DNA of 64,000 nucleotides from Octopus sinensis (GCF_006345805.1 NC_043011.1:51472464-51536463), one strand, 5' to 3'; numbered from the stretch's first letter, positions 11,326-25,828 are shown. Notes: generated from the sequence alone by a model not told the origin. Made by a program: numbers and translations.

Positions 11326-12924
11326 TAGAAAAATGGAGAGAGAAAAAAACCTGTAGAAATTAAAAGTTCATATGTATATATATACACTTGATCAATCCAA
11401 GCTGGGTGAACTAGGTGAGGGGCTATGATGTTGAAAGACCAAAAAACCCTGTGACCTTAAAAGCATCACTGATGATATATCCCAGAGTATTCACGAGATA
11501 TATCTTAAAACTAAGTACACACACATATACACACAAATCATGATCATCACCATCGTTGTTTTACTACTCACTTTTCCATGCTTACATGGTTCAAAGAGAA
11601 TTCATTGAGGCATATTTTCTGAGACTTGACGCCCTTCCTGTTACCAACCCTCATCCATTTCCAAGCAAGGTAATATTTCCCCATGGCAAGACACGTTTTC
11701 ATGGAGGATTAGAAACAAACAGCACTGCTTGCATGACAGCGGTACTCATTTATAATTACTATACAGTGTCACTGTATAGTAATTATAGACACTCACCCAA
11801 AGTGCTCCACTGTGAGACTGAACCCAAAACCATGTAATTGAGAAGTGAAATTCTTAACCATACAGCCATGTGTGTGTGTGTGTGTCTGTCTGTCTTTAAT
11901 CAATGTATCTCAGAGAAGGATATAAACATGTATCTCATTAAATGATATAAACAAAACAAAGTCCCTTGAGATATTTGTTCAATACCGTGTTAGAGACACT
12001 TCTCTGTCACATTTTCTGCCAGCAATGTAGTGAACTGCTGATGGTTGCTCTGTTAGAAAGTTGTAGACAATGCTGTTATTGCCTATGAATATGAAAATTT
12101 ATAAATAACTTTTTGGTGATCATATTTATGACACTATCAGCCTATGTTTTAAATAATTTTGAACTCCATTAATAATGTACCAGAGAGTAGAGGTTGTCTT
12201 TGTAACATCATCATCACTATAATCACTCACTAATACCATGAGTTTCACTCAAAAGGAATGAAACAAGTGGAAGAGTGTCATTCAAGAAAGTTTTAAAAGC
12301 TGACACAGAAGTCACATGTATTTTGGCTTTCACCTTTGAGCCAATGCATGAGTCTTTACATCAATGATTCCCAACCTCCTTTGCAGCATGGATCAGTTTC
12401 TACATGGTTGCTCAGCCTACAAGAAATAGTAACCTTATTATACAGGCAGGAACAAAATCACTTGTATAAATCAATGAGGCAGGCTGTGAGTGAACCAACA
12501 AAAAAAAAACCCCACTTTGCAGTTGCTGAACCTGCTGAAAATAGTAGCAAAATCCCCCTTAAATCACATCTTATCTAGTTAAATAAAGAATGATCTATTA
12601 GATTAGACATGTTTTCAGAGATGATTGCAGATGAATAACACCCTTTGTATGATAGTGATATTTACTTGTAATTACAAGGTGACACAAACAAACAAACACA
12701 CATACACACACACAAGGCCTCACTACTCAAACCCCAGGATGCCTCCAATTGAACCCACCCTGTAGCAAGTATCAGACCATACCTCTTGTTTAAGTAGCTG
12801 TATTTTCCAAAATTTTTCTCACCACTCTCAGAGGCCTTGCATTAAGTTTACAGGTGTTACCTTTTCTCCTCTAAAGAAGTCATAAAAAATATATCGTTAC
12901 CTCTTAAAACATATAAACAACTAC

Positions 12925-13330
12925 AGGTCCAGGTATGACTGTGTGGTAAGAAGGTTGCTTCCCAACCACATAGTTCTAGGCACTTTGGGTAAGTGTCGAG
13001 TGCAATAACTGCATGCTGGCCAAAGCCTTGCTAGTGGGTTAGGTAGATGGACACTGAAAGAAGCTCATTGTGCATATGTGTGAGTATATGTGTGCATGTG
13101 CATGTGTGTGTGTGTGTGCATGCATATGTGTTTGTCCTCCATCACTGCTTGACAACTGATGTTGGTTTGTTTACAACCCAGTAACTTAATGGTTCATCAA
13201 AAGAGATTGATAGAATAAGTATCATGCTTAGAGAAACAAAAAATAGATACTGGGGTCAATTTGTTCAACTAAACCCTTCAAGGCACTGCCCCAGCATGGC
13301 TGCAGTCAAATGACTGAAACAAGTAAAAGA
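12925..13330 (+). mobile_element. CORE-type SINE (OR2-like) with internal microsatellite
   Basis: tRNA-like head, CORE-like CTTTGGGTAAGTG, internal (TG)n, 3' module ending GCAGTCAAATGACTGAAACAAGTAAAAG. Confidence 0.75.
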
Positions 13331-13939
13331 TAACAGATGAAAGATAACCACAGGTCAACAAACTCAAAGCACATTTGTAAACTCTCATGTGCACTTAGTC
13401 CAGAAGACACAGTTGAGGGCTTTTAACAAATATCAACAAGAAAAACTCTCAGTTTGCTTATTTGTGTTAATGTGCTTTTTCCATGTTAGCATAGTTAGAT
13501 AGGTATATTATTGAGACATTGTTTTACAGTCAGCTGCCATTCCTGTCTCTAATCCTTCCTTATCTGTTTTCCACAAGTTTTCAAAAGTGTAAAGCCGGTG
13601 AACAATTTGTTAACAGGGGAAATGACAACAATGTCTCTGCTTGCAGCCATGTAATTTCCAGGGAAGTGAATATATATATATATATTTGAAAAATTGAATA
13701 GAAATTGCTTTTCTGATAATTTTTCCACTTAAATAATCAGATGCTTAAACATCTAATTATTAAAGTAGAAAAATTAGCAGAAAAGTCATTTCTATTCAAT
13801 TTTTCAAATATATAATACTCTATCAGGGGTTTTCTATTTCTTATATATATATATAGGGAGAGAGAGAGAGAGAGAGAGAGAGATAACAAGTTTCTTTCAA
13901 TTTCTGTCAACTATTCACAAGGCTTTGTAAGTGCATGTG

Positions 13940-13987
<48 letters not shown>

Positions 13988-14360
13988 CACATATTATAAA
14001 AGTATGTGGCCTAATGGTTAGAGTTTTGACCTTATAAATATAGGGTTGTGGATTCAATTCCTGGAGTCAGAAATGTGTTTTGTCTTTAAGCAAAGTTCTT
14101 CATTTCATGATACACCATTCAGCTGTAAATGAATACCAGCCAAGTCTGAGTGCTGATCCATTCCCTTCTCTGTCCAGAAGTTACACTCTGCTTGTCCCAT
14201 TGGGTCAAATTTGAGGGATGGACAAGAGGGTGCTTGTGTCTGCTCATGACTACAGAGGCAACAAAAACAATTAGTAAAAGCAGGGTACATGTTACTAAGT
14301 CATACTTACTTGTGACTGACACCCTTGCTCTTTCATATGTGTATTTATATAATGAGGAGA

Positions 14361-14731
14361 CCTATTGAATCAAGTACATCAACATCAAAATAAAATGGAA
14401 ATTGTAGTTGTGATACCCATGCCAGTGGCACGTAAAAAGCACTATCTGAATGTGGCCGGTGCCAGCGCCGCCTTGACTGGCTTCCGTGCCGGTGGCATGT
14501 AAAAAGCACCAACCGATCATGGCCATTGCCAGCCTCCTCTAGCCCCTGTGCTGGTGTCATGTAAAAAGCACCCACTACACTCAAGGAGTGTTTGGCATTA
14601 GGAAAGGCATCCAGTTGTAGAATCACTGCCAGATCAGACTGGAGTCTGGTGCAGCCTCCTAGCTTCCCAGACCCCAGTCAAACCATCCAACCCATGCTAG
14701 CATGGAAAACGGACGTTAAATGATGATGATG
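14361..14731 (+). mobile_element. RTE-associated SINE-like element with tandem GGCACGTAAAAAGCACC units and (GAT)n tail
   Basis: Three tandem units, then GGCATTAGGAAAGGCATCCAG (Ceph/RTE-type motif) and CCAACCCATGCTAGCATGGAAAACGGACGTTAAATGATGATG. Other copies at 17310-17495, 47857-48160 (-) and 52141-52412. Confidence 0.75.
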
Positions 14732-15057
14732 AATGAGGGAAATGGAAGATGGATTTAGTAAGAATCTTTATTCAGCACAACAGTCGTTTCAATCTATCCT
14801 GCATCTGTCCCTTATGGGCGAGATATAGTACACCTAATTGTGTTGCATCCATCAATGCAGGCTGTGACTTGTCAGTATATGTAGTAGTGTATCTTATTTA
14901 CACTAGACACCTGATGAGACACAGCCTTCATTGATGGATGCAACACAACGGGATGTACTATATCTCACCATTAAGAGACAGAGGCAGGATGGGTTGAAAC
15001 GATCGTTGTGCTGAATGAAGATTCTTGCTAAATCTATCTTCCGTTTCCCTCATTCAC
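14731..15057. mobile_element. Long inverted-repeat element (family C), Penelope pLTR-like, with a hammerhead-like motif
   Basis: Arms 14731-14876 and 14911-15057 are reverse complements with a 34-bp spacer. The right arm begins CTGATGA and contains GAAACGATCGTT; the left arm has AATAAA on the minus strand. Confidence 0.75.
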
Positions 15058-16590
15058 TATAAACTCGTTGTAACTGTGGAATTCCTGACATAGATCCAGT
15101 GACAATCATATTGTAACTGTGGCCTAAATGGTGAAAGTGCTCTGATTGACATACTATTAGACATACACTCAAAGCCCAAATAATTACGCTTGCTTCCTCA
15201 CTGCTTGGTTCTGGGTTCAGTCCCTCTGTGTGACACCTTGTACATGTGTCTTCTACTATAGCCTCAGGCTGACCAAAGCCTTGTGAGTGGATTTGGTAGG
15301 CAGAAAAATATACTCAAATAAACATCAGCACAAACATACAGACACTGAAACTCATACACACGTGTGTGTGTGAGCAATTAAAGCCAATCCCCTGTTTTGG
15401 TGGTACAATAAAATGAACATTATCTATGCCATAAAGTGGTAGGAAGAGAAAAAAAGATTAATAAGAATAGAAAGTACAGATGAAGATGTGTGTTAAGAAG
15501 CTTGCTTCCTTACTGCTTGGTTCTGGGTTCAGTCCCTCTGTGTGACACCTTGGACAAGTGTCTTCTACTATAGCCTCAGACTGACCAAAGCCTTGTGAGT
15601 GGATTTGGTAGACAGAAACTGAAAGAAGCCCATTGTATGTATGTATCTATCTAGCTGCCTATCTATCTGTGTGTGTGCGAGTGTGTGCCTTTGTGTATGT
15701 TGCCCCCTCCACTTGTCAACTGGTGTTGGTTTATTTATATTCCCGTAACTTAGCAGTTCAGCAAAAGGAATGACAGAATAAGTACCAGGCCTAACAAAAG
15801 AATGAGTACTGGGTTGATTCACTCAACTAAAAATTCAGGGCAGTGCCCCAGCATGGCCACGGTCTAATGACTGAAACAAATAAAAGGTGCAACAAAAGAC
15901 TGCGTACACAAGCAACAAAAACTGGTGACCTTCTTTGTTGCTATGGATACCATGTGAAGAAGGACGGTGATAAGTGTGGTTGTGTGGCTGAAATGTTCAC
16001 TTGCCAACCACATGGTTTCAGAAAGAAGTCATCCTACATGAGTATACATGTGTATGCATGTTTGTGCTTCTTTACCTGGACATCATTGCAAAATAGTTGT
16101 AAACAAGAGTTTACAAGCAGCATCCTTCATTTCCGAACTTTCATGAAAGCATGCCAACCACGAAGAAATATTATCATGCTTGGAAACAGATGAGGGTTGG
16201 CCACAGGAAGGGCATCCAGCCACAGAAAAAAAAAGTGCCTCAAAGAGTTCCATCTGACCCATGCAAGAGTAGAAAAGGGGACTTGAAGATGATGATCATG
16301 ATACCAACACGCACATACACACAGAAACACATATACATTCAAGTACATAAATAAAAAAAAAACACTTAGACTTAGACACATGCATAAATACACACACCAA
16401 CTTATCTATAAATACACATACATCTATAGAATCATGTATTTCTATGTATTTCTATGTATGTATGCCCACAAAATACATCTATAGAATCATGTATTTCTAT
16501 GTATTTCTATGTATGTATGCCCACAAAATACTGTTCATATTTTTCTAAATTTATATATATAATGTCATCATATACATATACATTATCCTC

Positions 16591-16662
<72 letters not shown>

Positions 16663-17517
16663 TGTGTTTAGGGGCACAGGAATGGTGATGTGGTTGAGAA
16701 GCATACTTCCCAAATACATGGTTACAGGTTCAGACCCACTGCATGACACCTTTAACAAGTGTTTTCAACTATGGCCTTGACTGACTAAAGCCTTGTGAAT
16801 GGATTTGGAAGATGGAAACTGAAAGTAGTGTGTGTGTGTGTAAATGTGTGTGTTTTTGTTTGTGTTTACATTGGTTGTTAAAACAGGTGTTGTGTCCCAT
16901 TATGTCAACAAGTTGATAAATATAAAAATTGATTAATTAAGTAGCAGATATAAATAAGTTATGGAAGTTAATATGATCAAGTAAATCCTTTTAAGGCAGT
17001 GAAAATGAATAAAACAACATATATACATAAAACTATTCCCCTCCCAAATGAGGAGTCTTTGTCTTGGAAGTTACTTGGTGACGCTACCAGTGCTAGTGCC
17101 ACATGAAAAGCATTTAGTAGACTTGTAAAGTGGTTGGCATTAGAAAGGGTATCCATCCACAGAAATCATACCAATGCAGAATAAACAGCTTAGCACAGTC
17201 CTCTGGGTTGTCAGATCTAGTCAAATCATCCAACCCATGCCATCATGGGAAGCAAACATTAAATGATGATATATATATTATAAAATAATTTTATATATGT
17301 GTGTGTATATCATGCCAGTGTCATGCTAAAAGCACCCAGCACACACTGTAAAGTAGCTGGTGTTAGGAAGGGCATCCAGTTGTAGAGACCAAGCCAAATC
17401 AGACTGGAACCTGGTGCAGCTCCTCAGCTTGCCAGCTCTGGTCAAACCGTCCAACCCATGCCAGCATGGACACCGGACATTAAATGATGATGATGATGAT
17501 ACATCATATATTTATGT

Positions 17518-17574
<57 letters not shown>

Positions 17575-18289
17575 GAGTGTGTTGGTGTATGTGTGTACAC
17601 ATGTGTATATATGTATATATACACACATGATATGGCTCTGTATGGATGCTGTCCATACTGATGAATACAATAATATACACTCATACATATATTGATGCAT
17701 TGATACACACACCTGCACACCTGCATATATATATATATATATATATACCTGCGCACACATCTATACACACTCCCTGTTTATCATCTGTTTTCCTTCCCAT
17801 TCACAAGCTCAGTGTCCAATGGGGATGGAGAGGGTGAAAGAAGAACCCCCCACCGACCACTCCTTTATTGTTTCTTCTCTCTTCCTTGCCACAGTGAGTC
17901 ATATGACACAACATCCATGGAAGAAACAATAGGGAAAATCATAGCTGAAACAAAGGATAGTGAGGAATGATGGAATAACAGAATAAGAGGATTGGGGAAA
18001 ATGAGAATGAAGAAATGAAAGAAGAAAATGGTGAAGGAAGGAAGAAATGGAAGACTAGGAAAGAGAAATGAATAAGAGAATGAAAGGTATAAACACATGC
18101 ACAATGTCAAGTTATTGTCAGTAACTTAGTAGTGTTATGTAGTCACTCTTAATAGTTAGTATTAATAGTTAGTATTGATAGTGACTAGTTGACTATAGTG
18201 AGCTCTGGACTGTCGAGATTAATGTAGTATTGTAGTGGTTAGGAGTTGACAGCGATGACTAATTACTTTTAGTTAATGTTGATCATTAG

Positions 18290-19300
18290 TATAGGACTAT
18301 GGTAGTTAGTACTGAAATGTAATGGTTAGTGTAGGACCATGGTGGTTTGTATAGGACTGTGATAGTATAGGATTGTGGTGGCTAGTATAGAACTGTAGTG
18401 GTTAGTATAGGACTGTGGTGGTTAGTACAGGACTGTAATAGTGAGTATAGGACTGTGGTGGCTAGTATAGAACTGTGATGGTTAGTATAGGAGTGTTGTG
18501 GTTAGTATAGGACAGCTATAGGACTGTGACAGTATAGGACTATAGTGGTTAATGTAGGACTGTAGTGGTTAGTTTAGGAATGTGGTGGTTAGAATAGGAA
18601 TGTGATGGTTAATATAGAACTGTGATGGTTAGTGCAGCATTTGATGGCTAGTTTTGGACTGTGGCTGCTAGTATAGGATTGTGGTGGATAGTATAAGACT
18701 GAGGTTAGTATAGGACTGTGAAGGTTAGTATAGGACTGTGGTAGTTAGTACAGAAATGTAATGGTTAGTGTAGGACCATGGTGGTTTGTATAGGACTGTG
18801 ATAGTATAGGATTGTGGTGGTAAGTATAGAACTGTGGTGGTTAGTATAGGACTGTGGTGGTTAGTACAGGACTGTAATAGTGAGTATAGGACTGTGGTGG
18901 CTAGTATAGAACTGTGATGGTTAGTATAGGACTGTGGTGGTTAGTATAGGACTACTGTGTAAAACAGGACTGTGACAGTATAAGACTATAGTGGTTAATG
19001 TAGGACTGTAGTGGTTAGTTTAGGAATGTGGTGGTTAGAATAGGAATGTGATGGTTAATATAGAACTATGATGGTTAGTACAGCATTTGATGGCTAGTTT
19101 TGGACTGTTGTTGCTAGTATAGGATTGTGGTGGATAGTATAAGACTGAGGTTAGTATAGGACTGTGATAGTTAGTATAGGACAGTTGTGGTTAATATAGA
19201 ACAGTGATAGTTAGTATAAAATTGTGGTGGTTAATATAGGACTGTCGTTGTTAGTAAAGGATTGTGAAAGTGGCATATTATGATTAATATTAGTAGTTAA
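18290..19300. repeat. About 20-bp minisatellite (GGTTAGTATAGGACTGTGGT) with a roughly 440-bp higher-order duplication
   Basis: Variant units recur at about 440-bp offset (18314 vs 18753; 18578 vs 19023). Confidence 0.9.
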
Positions 19301-19592
19301 TATTGGTGGTTTGTATAGGGCTATGGCACTTAGTATTCATTAGTGCTATGCTGATAGGTTAATCTAATATTCAGGTGGTTAATGGTACACTTGGTAGTTT
19401 GTGGTATATTCTGGTGGTTAATATAAGACTGTAGTAATGAATTAGTGTATAGAAGTGAAATGGTTTAAGAAAACCTGAGATAATCAGTGATGGAGTTGTC
19501 TCAATACAAATCAGATTAGTAACTAGTTTCTACTGAAATACAAAAGCCTAACGACAAGAGGAGCACTTGCTGTGTGTGTGTGTGTGTGTGTA

Positions 19593-19666
<74 letters not shown>

Positions 19667-20176
19667 GAGTGTTTAAAAATTCCAGCACATTGGATGTATG
19701 ATGTATCATGATGTGATGGTCAGATTTGGAATTTAGCCTTGTGGGGTTTCAGTGTAATAGTGTAGACATGTTACATAGTGTATAGTGCAATAGTCTAGGT
19801 ACAACGTGGTGGGTAGGGCATGAAAGTAAGGGCATGTTGTATGGGGCAAAGTGTGACAGGGCATGTTGAGTGTGTCATAGTATGACTTCCAAGACATGTT
19901 ATATGAAGTGTTGAATGTCAATCTGGAGATATAGTGTAACAATTAAAGCAATTAAGGTTTGTTGTACTGGGTGATGTGTGGGAGTTGTGAAGAGTTTTCT
20001 GAGTGGTATGGTCTCATAATTCAGCCATGGGGTTTGGCTAAATTACAATGTGGTAGTTTGGACATACTGCATCCAATTTTGCTGTTTAGTTTGTTCAAAT
20101 GAAACAGACATACAACAACAGCCAGTTCAATGGACCAGAGGTATTTGTCGTAGCAGTAGGAGAGAGTATAGTTTAA

Positions 20177-20396
20177 CCCTTTAGTGTTCAGGTTATTCTG
20201 TCAAATGTGATGTTTGTTTATTTAAAATAGTTTGAATTAATCCTGCATTATCTTGTAGTTTAGAGATTTCAGTGATGTGATTTTTTAGTTTTAGAATGAC
20301 ATGGTAGGGCTGAGGTGAGAGGCGAGATCTGGTCAGTTTCAATATAAAACAGGTTAAATATTTTGGCCAGATATGGTCAGTTTGAATGCTAAAGGG
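20177..20396. mobile_element. piggyBac-type MITE
   Basis: TTAA|CCCTTTAGTGTTCA ... TGAATGCTAAAGGG|TTAA. Degenerate second copy at about 42740-42960. Confidence 0.85.
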
Positions 20397-20477
20397 TTAA
20401 AAATGACCGAATGTTTGCAGATTGTTAATGAGTGTTTAAATGTTTGCCAACGTTTTGAAGGGAAAGATGGGAGAGAT

Positions 20478-20508
<31 letters not shown>

Positions 20509-21915
20509 TGGGAGAGCTAAAAATGGGCAACAGAAACTTTGTGGAAGCAACCGATACAATTTAACATATATATATATGTGTATATATAAGTGTGTGTGGG
20601 GGACGGGTGGGTGTATGTATATATTTGTGTGTAGGTGGGGTGTATGTATACATATATGTGTGTGTGTGGGGTATATGTATATAAATGTGTGTGTGCATAA
20701 ATATGCATATATGTATGTATACAGTGTACATAGGGATGGGAGAGAAGTTCCAAGCAGTGGCCAATGGTCAGGATCTGGGAATGTGTAATTCAAATAACTA
20801 GATGTGAGCTGCAATAACTATAGCCATCTTCTGACAGTTTACATATTGTTGTGTTTTGGTTCTTAAGGAAGTATATATGTATATATATATATAGATATAT
20901 ATAAAGTTTGGATAAGCGATATGTTCAGTGTAAGTTTGAAGTAACTGTCAATAAAATTATTGATTTCAAAACGGGGCACAAGGCCAGTAATTTTGGAGAA
21001 GGGGATAAGTCAGTTACATCAACCCCAGCACTCAACTGCTACTTATTTTATCAACCCCAAAAGAATGAAAGGCGAAGTCAACCTTGGCGGAATTCGAACT
21101 CTGAGCACGAAGGCTGATGAAATGCCACAAAGCATTTTGCCTGGTGTGTTAACAATTCTGTCAGCTTGCTACCTTCAATAAAATTATTAGAAAACTTTGG
21201 TTTTAACATTTGTATTATTGAGTCCTTCATTCAGTTAATGCTTGCAGCTTTATGCGCTTATAAAACAAGTTTTTTAACTGTACACATAAGCACGTGCACA
21301 GACATGCAGACACACACACACACACACAAACACACGCGCGCACACACACATACACACACAAAGTATGGTATTTAGTTCTGTCCCAGTTGCATCCCTTTAT
21401 ATCTAGATCAACTTTACATTTCCTCTAATGAAGTAAATTAACACCAAAGTATTGGAGATGTGTTTATAATCACCTAATCTCCTTAAAAGAGGTGCACCAG
21501 CATGGCCTCAGTCCGATGGCTGAATCTAATACAGGAACAAAAACGGTATCACATTTTTCATTTGCCACACAAACACACACATAAACGCAGTACAGAATAC
21601 TTCTTCATATTTATATGTATATGTTAGTATCAAACCACACACACACACACACACGAATGTGTGACAATGAGTGTAAATCCATATTATGAACAAATATGGG
21701 TTCTAAAATGTGAAAACATACAAACGTGTCCAAGTTCAAATTTCGAAGCAAAAAAGAAAAAGAAAAACAAAAAACACCACCTTTCTCACAAAACCCCAAC
21801 AAAACAATGCCTTTTCACACATGAAATAGTAACACACACACACAACATATATATACATACACACATGATAGCATATCTCTGCACCTCTATCCTACGTCTT
21901 TTACACACACACAAG

Positions 21916-21947
<32 letters not shown>

Positions 21948-22371
21948 AATTTTAATATCCACATTTCTGTTTGCATGGCTCGGACCAAGGTTACTGAAAC
22001 AGATTTTCTATGGCCAGATGCCCTCCTTGTCACTGACCCTTACCTGTTTCCAAGCAAGGTAATATTTTTCCATTGCCAGCTATGTTTGCGCAGGATATTG
22101 GAAATGAAGGAGACTGCTCCTATGATAGAGATGCTCATTTACAACTATTATGTGGTGTCAAGACAAGGAGACACGACATTCCTACATTCACACACACATA
22201 CATACACATACAACAGGTTTCTTTCAGTTTTCATCTACTAAATCCACTCTGGTTGGCCAGGAGCTACAATAAAGATACTTGTTTAAGTTGCCATGCAGTG
22301 GAATTGAACCTGATATCACAAGCCTATGTACATATATATGTGTGTGTGTGTGTATAAAATTAATAATTATA

Positions 22372-22424
<53 letters not shown>

Positions 22425-22963
22425 TATATATATATATACATACCCTCTCTCTCTTTCGGAGAGGCACAAGCACCTACATGCACATGTACACACACGGCAG
22501 TAACTTCCGCCTGCTGAATTCAATCACAAAGCTTTGGTCGGCTCGGGGCTATAGCAGAAGACACCTACCAATGCCACGCAGTGGGACTGAACCCGAACCA
22601 TGTAGCTAGGAAGCAAGCTCTCCCTAACACACAGCCATGCCCGCGCCTACATACATTATATATATATATAAAATTATAATTTAATATATAAATTGTTTAT
22701 TTCCATGCAGACTACCTGATAATTATCATTAACATGATTGTTATCCTTATTTTATGAATATATATGTATATATATTTATTCTTTTACTTGTTTCCATCAC
22801 TGGACAGTGGCCATGGTGGGACACCACCTTTAATAGTTTTAGTTGATCATATTAACTCCAGTTCATACTTCAGTATATTCCTTATTTTATCAATCTTTAT
22901 TTTTTGTTGTACCACGAGGCTAGGGAATACAAAATAAATAAAATACATACACACACACACACA

Positions 22964-23015
<52 letters not shown>

Positions 23016-24045
23016 ATCAGGCCTCTTTCAGTTTATTTACCAAATTCCAGAGACAAAGTACAGCTCAACTTGAGGCCTTACTAAAAGAAAGAGATTTGCC
23101 TAAGGTTCTATAATAATGTAATACATACATATGCAGGTGAGTGCAAACACACACACACTTTTAATCAGAGGCTTCTCTCCTGCTCCCTACAGTACTACTG
23201 AAAAAAAAATATGTATAGCAAGTAGGAAGAATGCAAATAAATGAGTGATCTGCTAAATTGTCTTCGTCAGTCTATCAGTAAAAATTGAAGTGACATGCTG
23301 TTACCAATAGCAACCGGATGAGCTACCAAAGGCAGAGAGATGTGATAAGAGTAATTTAAATAAACCCAGGAACACTCTACACTGTTGTTCCTCACTCTAT
23401 TGAAACTGAAAGTGCATTAAGCAGCAGCAGCAACAAAAGTCCATAGTTTTTCAGTTGGACAGGCAGATGTGGAATGGTAACACATACAGTGAATTGTGGG
23501 AATACTCATGTGTTGTTTAGTCTCAAATCAGCCTCTTTTTTTTTTATACAGATCTATTAGTTAAGACAATCTAACAATGATCATCCCTTCTAACTAGTGT
23601 TAGCACAGGATAGTTTATCTAGAATTACATTACCCAAAGTTAAAATAGGAAGGGGTATGATTTAGTTGTTATTTTTAGCAAGTTGAGTGACAGCAAAGAG
23701 ACTTGGTCACTGGTATATATATTGTACACACACACATACACACAACATATACAGTGTATATAATGTATGTATAAATCTATACATATATTTCTATATGTGT
23801 GTGTATGTATGTATAATCATGTTGTGTAAAGCCATGGGGATACTCAGAGTACGCTATCACCTTTTGATATAATAAACATCATTCTTCCTAACATTTTGAG
23901 TTCTATATAATATGTTTGCCCTAAATAAAATTTATGTTCATATAGTTTACAACTCTAACATTGTGTTATATATATACTGTGTGCCCCTCCACACATACAC
24001 GCAGACACATATACACACACATATTTATATGTGTGTGTGTGAGTG

Positions 24046-24092
<47 letters not shown>

Positions 24093-24098
24093 CACACC

Positions 24099-24151
<53 letters not shown>

Positions 24152-24955
24152 AAATAAGAAAATGGAGAAATACATCGAAATCAAATATCAATTACCAGAT
24201 AATACTCAATCACATATATTGGATATATGTTATCCCATGGAGGGTTGCATTTACAACCCCTATCTCAATTTGTATATATATATATATATACATATGTATG
24301 TATACATATACATGTGTGTGCATGTGTATATAAATATTATGTATATGTCTGTATATATATATATATATATATATAACGGTTTCACAATAGTAACCAGACT
24401 ATCATCGCACTGTTAGTCACAGTGCACTTCTTCACGCTGTTGTAACTATTGAATGGTACCACACCACTGGCTAGACAGACAACCCAACATTTCCCCTGAA
24501 GGGAATACCAGTCTGTTGCAGGGTCACACATTTACAATTGAGTGGATTGGAGTTGACAGCGATGACTAATTACTATTAGTTAATGTTGATCATTAGTATA
24601 GGACTATGGTAGTTAGTATAGAAATGTAATGGTTAGTGTAGGACCATGGTGGGTTTTTTTACTGAAGAACACAGTGCACCACTGGCCTGCAAATTGAAAC
24701 TACAATCTTCCAAGTGAGTGCAACAACTTAATCACTAAGCCATGTGGTGTATATATGTAATGTATGTGTGTGTATATGTATATATATATATATATATACA
24801 TATATATGTATGTATATATATGTATGTATGTGTATATCATACACTATACTGATTGTTATATATACTATGTGCACACATACACACACACATATATATATAG
24901 AGAGAGAGATAAATAGACTGACAGACATAAACCATATATATATATATATATATAT

Positions 24956-24991
<36 letters not shown>

Positions 24992-25008
24992 ACACACACA
25001 CCACATAT

Positions 25009-25828
25009 CTATAGATACACGTGCATATATATACAATATGTAGCAGACTTATGATCAATGAGTTCCAGCCATGACCATTGCATCTCTCTTTTACATTATT
25101 CTATGTCATCCTGTGTTTTTAAAAGAATAAGGAGAGTTAGGTACTATTTCTAGCGACTGAGTGGCAATGTGGAAACTCTTTCTCACTAGCTTGGTATACT
25201 AGTCTCTGTATATGTGTGCTTCAATATACAGAAGCATGTTTGAGGTAAGAAGGCACTGGACAAAACAATTCACAGGTCATGAGTTAATACTCCAACACGG
25301 TATTTTTGTTTGTTTTTGAGAGAACACAAGATGTTTGTGCAGCTGTTTCTTCTTGGACCCTTTTTTTTGTTTTTATTACGTCTCATCAAGAAGTGTAGTT
25401 GTTGGCGAATCTTTTCAGGGTCTTTGAGATAGGATGGAGAAGGGAAAAAGCATGTCCTTAGGCAAGAGAGCTGGCCTCAAGGCTTGTAACATAGTGGATA
25501 CCACTAAAGGCAATCAAGGTCCCAGGTGTTGTCATTAAGCCAGGTGATAGATGAAATTAATACAGAGTCCCTATCAAGGGGTAGATGTACCTCTGTTCTT
25601 ACTCATTCACCAAAACAGTAAAAAATCTAGAACTGAAGATATATCTTCCTGTCAACTTCTACAGATGATGGAGATAGTCATAGTTATCACAGACATACAC
25701 AAGTCCCTCTTCCTCAATGTGTTTATACATGCACACATACATATATACATACAACTACATACACATATATACATACATACATGCATACATACATACACAC
25801 ATACAAACATACATACATATATATAATA

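Noticed and set aside
25430-25700. ORF MKLIQSPYQGVDVPL.. or an RT-like PSYLKD fragment
   Set aside because: No continuing RT motifs, frames differ between the duplicates, and the region is probably artefactual.
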